NCBI RefSeq assembly: GCF_964355755.1
Contig: NC_092678.1
Coordinates: 25,685,365 to 25,749,364, forward strand
DNA: 64,000 nt
Direction: 5' to 3'
Origin: Antedon mediterranea
Lineage: Eukaryota > Animalia > Echinodermata
Shown: one piece after another, positions 60,653 to 64,000 of the stretch
Numbering within the stretch: position 1 is the first letter of the stretch
Layout: each line of letters begins with the position of its first letter
Notes under the pieces: generated by a model
What the model was told of the DNA's origin: nothing
Database searches by the model: none
What the model saw: the letters and a program-made list of their open reading frames with translations, nothing else
Program-made: the position numbers and the translations under genes

Positions 60653-61954
60653 TTAAAGCTTATCGTACATTATCAGCAATAAACCTTTTGTTTTTACAAT
60701 ATTTCCGCTAACAAAAATTTCTGTACAGTATTTGGGTTATTGAATTTCATGAAACATAATCCAGTTATTGGTACTGAACTTGAGATTTGAAGTTTATATA
60801 TAGGGCTTCACGTGTTTGGGTGAAACCGCTACATTTTGCACCCTACATGTGGCATTCTATTTTTAGGAAAATGCATACTTTTGGATTGTTTTTATTTGCT
60901 GATATTCTGTTTTGTTGTAGTAAATAGTTTCCTTTATAATTGGGAGAAGAAATTTTACTTTAGAATTGATAATAGTTGTCGCTAAAAAAAGCAAAAAGGA
61001 ATCTTTTAAACAAGTTTTAAGGTTCTATGACCTGTAATATTAAATTGCTTCTAGCTGCTCAAGTACTATTCCAAAGGTATGTTGATAGTATTACCAGTTA
61101 ATTTCCCATACTGCACTTAATATTTATAAACACATTCTATGTGAAAGCAGATAGCATTGTTCTCAACTACTACAACTTGTGGACTACAAAAAAGCTAAAA
61201 GTGAATTCTGAACCTCGTCTTTATTAATTCCACACTGTTTGATGCTACTAGGTCTGACCTTGTTAATAAAATTATTACTTTGGTATCAAACCTAAAGAAT
61301 TATAATGTTATATAAGTTAAAAAGTTACCACCTGAACTGGAACATCTATATAGAATAGAAAAAAAGATGAACTGACTAGATAACGAAGATAACCCTGTTG
61401 ATTATGATCTGATTTGTTGATATGGATTTGTACTATAATTTTATTTCTTTTCAATATATCCCAGGTCTTTGATAATTGGAATATTAAAAATGTATATTCT
61501 TGGAGATCTAGTTGTTGAAAATGTCAACATAACCACGTTGAACTTAATTGGCTCTCTATAGATATTAATTATTAATTTTTTCCTGTTATTTGCCCGACTG
61601 TATTAATTATGTAAAAGCTTTCTTTCAAAATGAACTTTAAGTTAATTACTGTATATTTGTGATAGTTTACTAAACTAATTTTCAATTTACCAATTAATTG
61701 GCATCTTGTTTGTTATTGAATAGTTTATAAAATCACCAGAACTTTACTGTTTGTGAATAAGTTCAGGTGTGTGAATAAGTTCACCCAATAGATATTGAAA
61801 TTTGAACATAGCCAATTAGCAGAAAAGAAATCTGATGTAGTATGATTATAGACATGAATACTAGTACAAGTTGTAGAGAAGGTGTGTTTTACATTGGTAT
61901 TGTTGCATGAGTACCTACGGTAGGTGTGTATAGTGTACACCAACATGACACTTA

Positions 61955-62731
61955 GGTCGTGTTTATACAACACCCTAAATTTGAACACGGCTTAAATTTT
62001 TAGCGTGTTGTTCGGACCGAGGTCAACCCACCTTAACGTTTGCTGTTATACTAGAAATCACGATACCGTGTTGTACCGGAAGTTTCATCAACACGCAGTG
62101 CATGCTAGGATAAAAGGTCAAATTGTTGATCGCTTGAATTGAATTGTTGGCTGGGTTGTTGTCAACAAATCATCGTCGCCTCCTCGCTGTCCGATGTATT
62201 CGCGCGGTTTTTACCATTTTCATTATTGTATTCGTTCACGTTTGCATTGTTGTTTATTTTGTTCTCGGTTCATTTAAATTAATAAAAGTTATTTTAAGGG
62301 TTTCATTGTTTCATCTATACACTATGGAAGAAGATGCCATTTTTGCGATGTTATTTTTTATTCTGTTTGGAGTGGGAAACGATAGTCTATAGAGGCCTAC
62401 TACCACTACGAGTTGGCCCTACCAGGCTAGGCGTAAGACGTGGTAGGAGGATGATTGCTGGCAGCGAAGCAGCAATAAATGGGCCCAATCTTGTTAGACG
62501 TCGCATGACATGATTGATATTACGACCTGTTTTAACGAGAGGTCAAAATATACCCTGAGGACACTTCCAACACGGTAACGGCGACCGGGAATCCACCAAA
62601 TTTTAGGATTCAGCCAAGTAGCCTTTTTTGCAATTAAAATCTCATTACACGGAATCTCTTTGTTGTTATACAACACACTTCTCGTAGGCGTGTAGAATAT
62701 GCGTGTAATAGCGTGTTGTATAAACGCGCCC
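61955..62731. mobile_element. PIF/Harbinger-type non-autonomous element, copy 1
   Basis: TTA|GGTCGTGTTTATACAACAC ... GTGTTGTATAAACGCGCCC|TTA. Confidence 0.8.
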
Positions 62732-63026
62732 TTAAATGACATTGTTTACTTAAGAATAGCAGACTGCGTCCAGGGTAGTTGAGTCAGTTTCAATCACAAC
62801 TAAGACTATTGTATACAAGAACAAAACTGGGATCCTTTCTCAGTGTTTGTATTCAATATGGGATTACAGGGTTAAGTCCTGGCAAAGTTTATGCTTACAA
62901 TTGAGAATGCAAACTTGTTTACCTGAGAATTCTACAGTGCTGTTTGCATTGCAGTATTGCATAATTAATCCCCAAGGACAAAGCTATTTAACCCCTTGTT
63001 AAAGTAATTGGACATTTTAAATCTTA

Positions 63027-63807
63027 GGTCGTGTTTATACAACACCCTAAATTTGAACACGGCTTAAATTTTTAGCGTGTTGTTCGGACCGAGGTCAACC
63101 CACCTTAACGTTTGCTGTTATACTAGAAATCGCGATACCGTGTTGTACCGGAAGTTTCATCAACACGCAGTGCATGCTAGGATAAAAGGTCAAATCGTTG
63201 ATCGCTTGAATTGAATTGTTGGCTGGGTTGTTGTCAACAAATCATCGTCGCCTCCTCCTCGCTGTCCGATGATTCGCGCGGTTTTTACCATTTTCATTAT
63301 TGTATTCGTTCACGTTTGCATTGTTGTTTATTTTGTTCTCGGTTCATTTAAATTAATAAAAGTTATTTTAAGGGTTTCATTGTTTCATCTATACACTATG
63401 GAAGAAGATGCCATTTTTGCGATGTTATTTTTTATTCTGTTTGGAGTGGGAAACGATAGTCTATATAGAGGCCTACTACCACTACGAGTTGGCCCTACCA
63501 GGCTAGGCGTAAGACGTGGTAGGAGGATGATTGCTGGCAGCGAAGCAGCAATAAATGGGCCCAATCTTGTTAGACGTCGCATGACATGATTGATATTACG
63601 ACCTGTTTTAACGAGAGGTCAAAATATACCCTGAGGACACTTCCAACACGGTAACGGCGACCGGGAATCCACCAAATTTTAGGATTCAGCCAAGTAGCCT
63701 TTTTTGCAATTAAAATCTCATTACACGGAATCTCTTTGTTGTTATACAACACACTTCTCGTAGGCGTGTAGAATATGCGTGTAATAGCGTGTTGTATAAA
63801 CGCGCCC
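63027..63807. mobile_element. PIF/Harbinger-type non-autonomous element, copy 2 (near-identical to 61955-62731)
   Basis: Same TIRs and interior with a few small indels/SNPs, flanked by TTA/TTG. Its flanks are unrelated to those of copy 1. Confidence 0.8.
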
Positions 63808-64000
63808 TTGGTTTTGAATGTGTTGAAAATTCAAACTTGAATTAAATCATGCAAGCATACCTCAAGCTCTGTCTACAATATCAAACATTATGTGACAAAA
63901 AAATGTGATGTGCTAATATATGGTAGTGATATGACATCATCATTTTTTGTCACATAAAGTTTGATATTGTAGACAGAGCTTTATAATTGTTATAGAACTT

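Noticed and set aside
61460-61560. Candidate second filamin coding exon after CCCAG|
   Set aside because: It does not encode the expected D...IVDG..KLILGLIWTLILHY continuation.
62144-63752. Duplicated small ORFs with hydrophobic stretches
   Set aside because: They lie inside two copies of a non-autonomous transposon and differ by frameshifting indels.

Overview
AT-rich, intron-containing animal genomic DNA. It looks like a marine invertebrate, possibly an echinoderm or other deuterostome, but the taxon is an inference. I reconstructed spliced genes by hand from GT-AG sites and reading-frame continuity. Left to right: (1) the 5' end of a divergent filamin-like gene (-), which runs off the left edge; (2) a 7-exon whirlin-like gene (HHD-PDZ-PDZ plus a disordered tail, -); (3) a tandem segmental duplication carrying an intact Thr/Pro/Gln mucin-LamG gene and an internally deleted copy (+), apparently nested antisense in the whirlin-like 5' intron; (4) a secreted VWC-like + 5x FAMeT-domain gene (+), convergent with (5) a secreted 4-repeat Cys-rich gene (-) that shares the same Cys module; (6) tRNA-Ser(TGA) and tRNA-Pro(CGG); (7) PSMD6/Rpn7, whose last intron holds an intact, young Penelope-like retroelement with RT + GIY-YIG, a 12-bp TSD, a 374-bp perfect palindrome and three candidate variant minimal hammerhead ribozyme motifs; (8) a C3orf18/SMIM29-family membrane protein; (9) the first coding exon of a canonical filamin (+). 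Between these are a 5S/tRNA composite SINE, non-autonomous DNA transposons (hAT-, piggyBac-, Harbinger-, Mutator-, Kolobok- and Helentron-like) and several minisatellites. No CRISPR or prokaryotic system is present. All family calls come from recalled motifs, not database searches.
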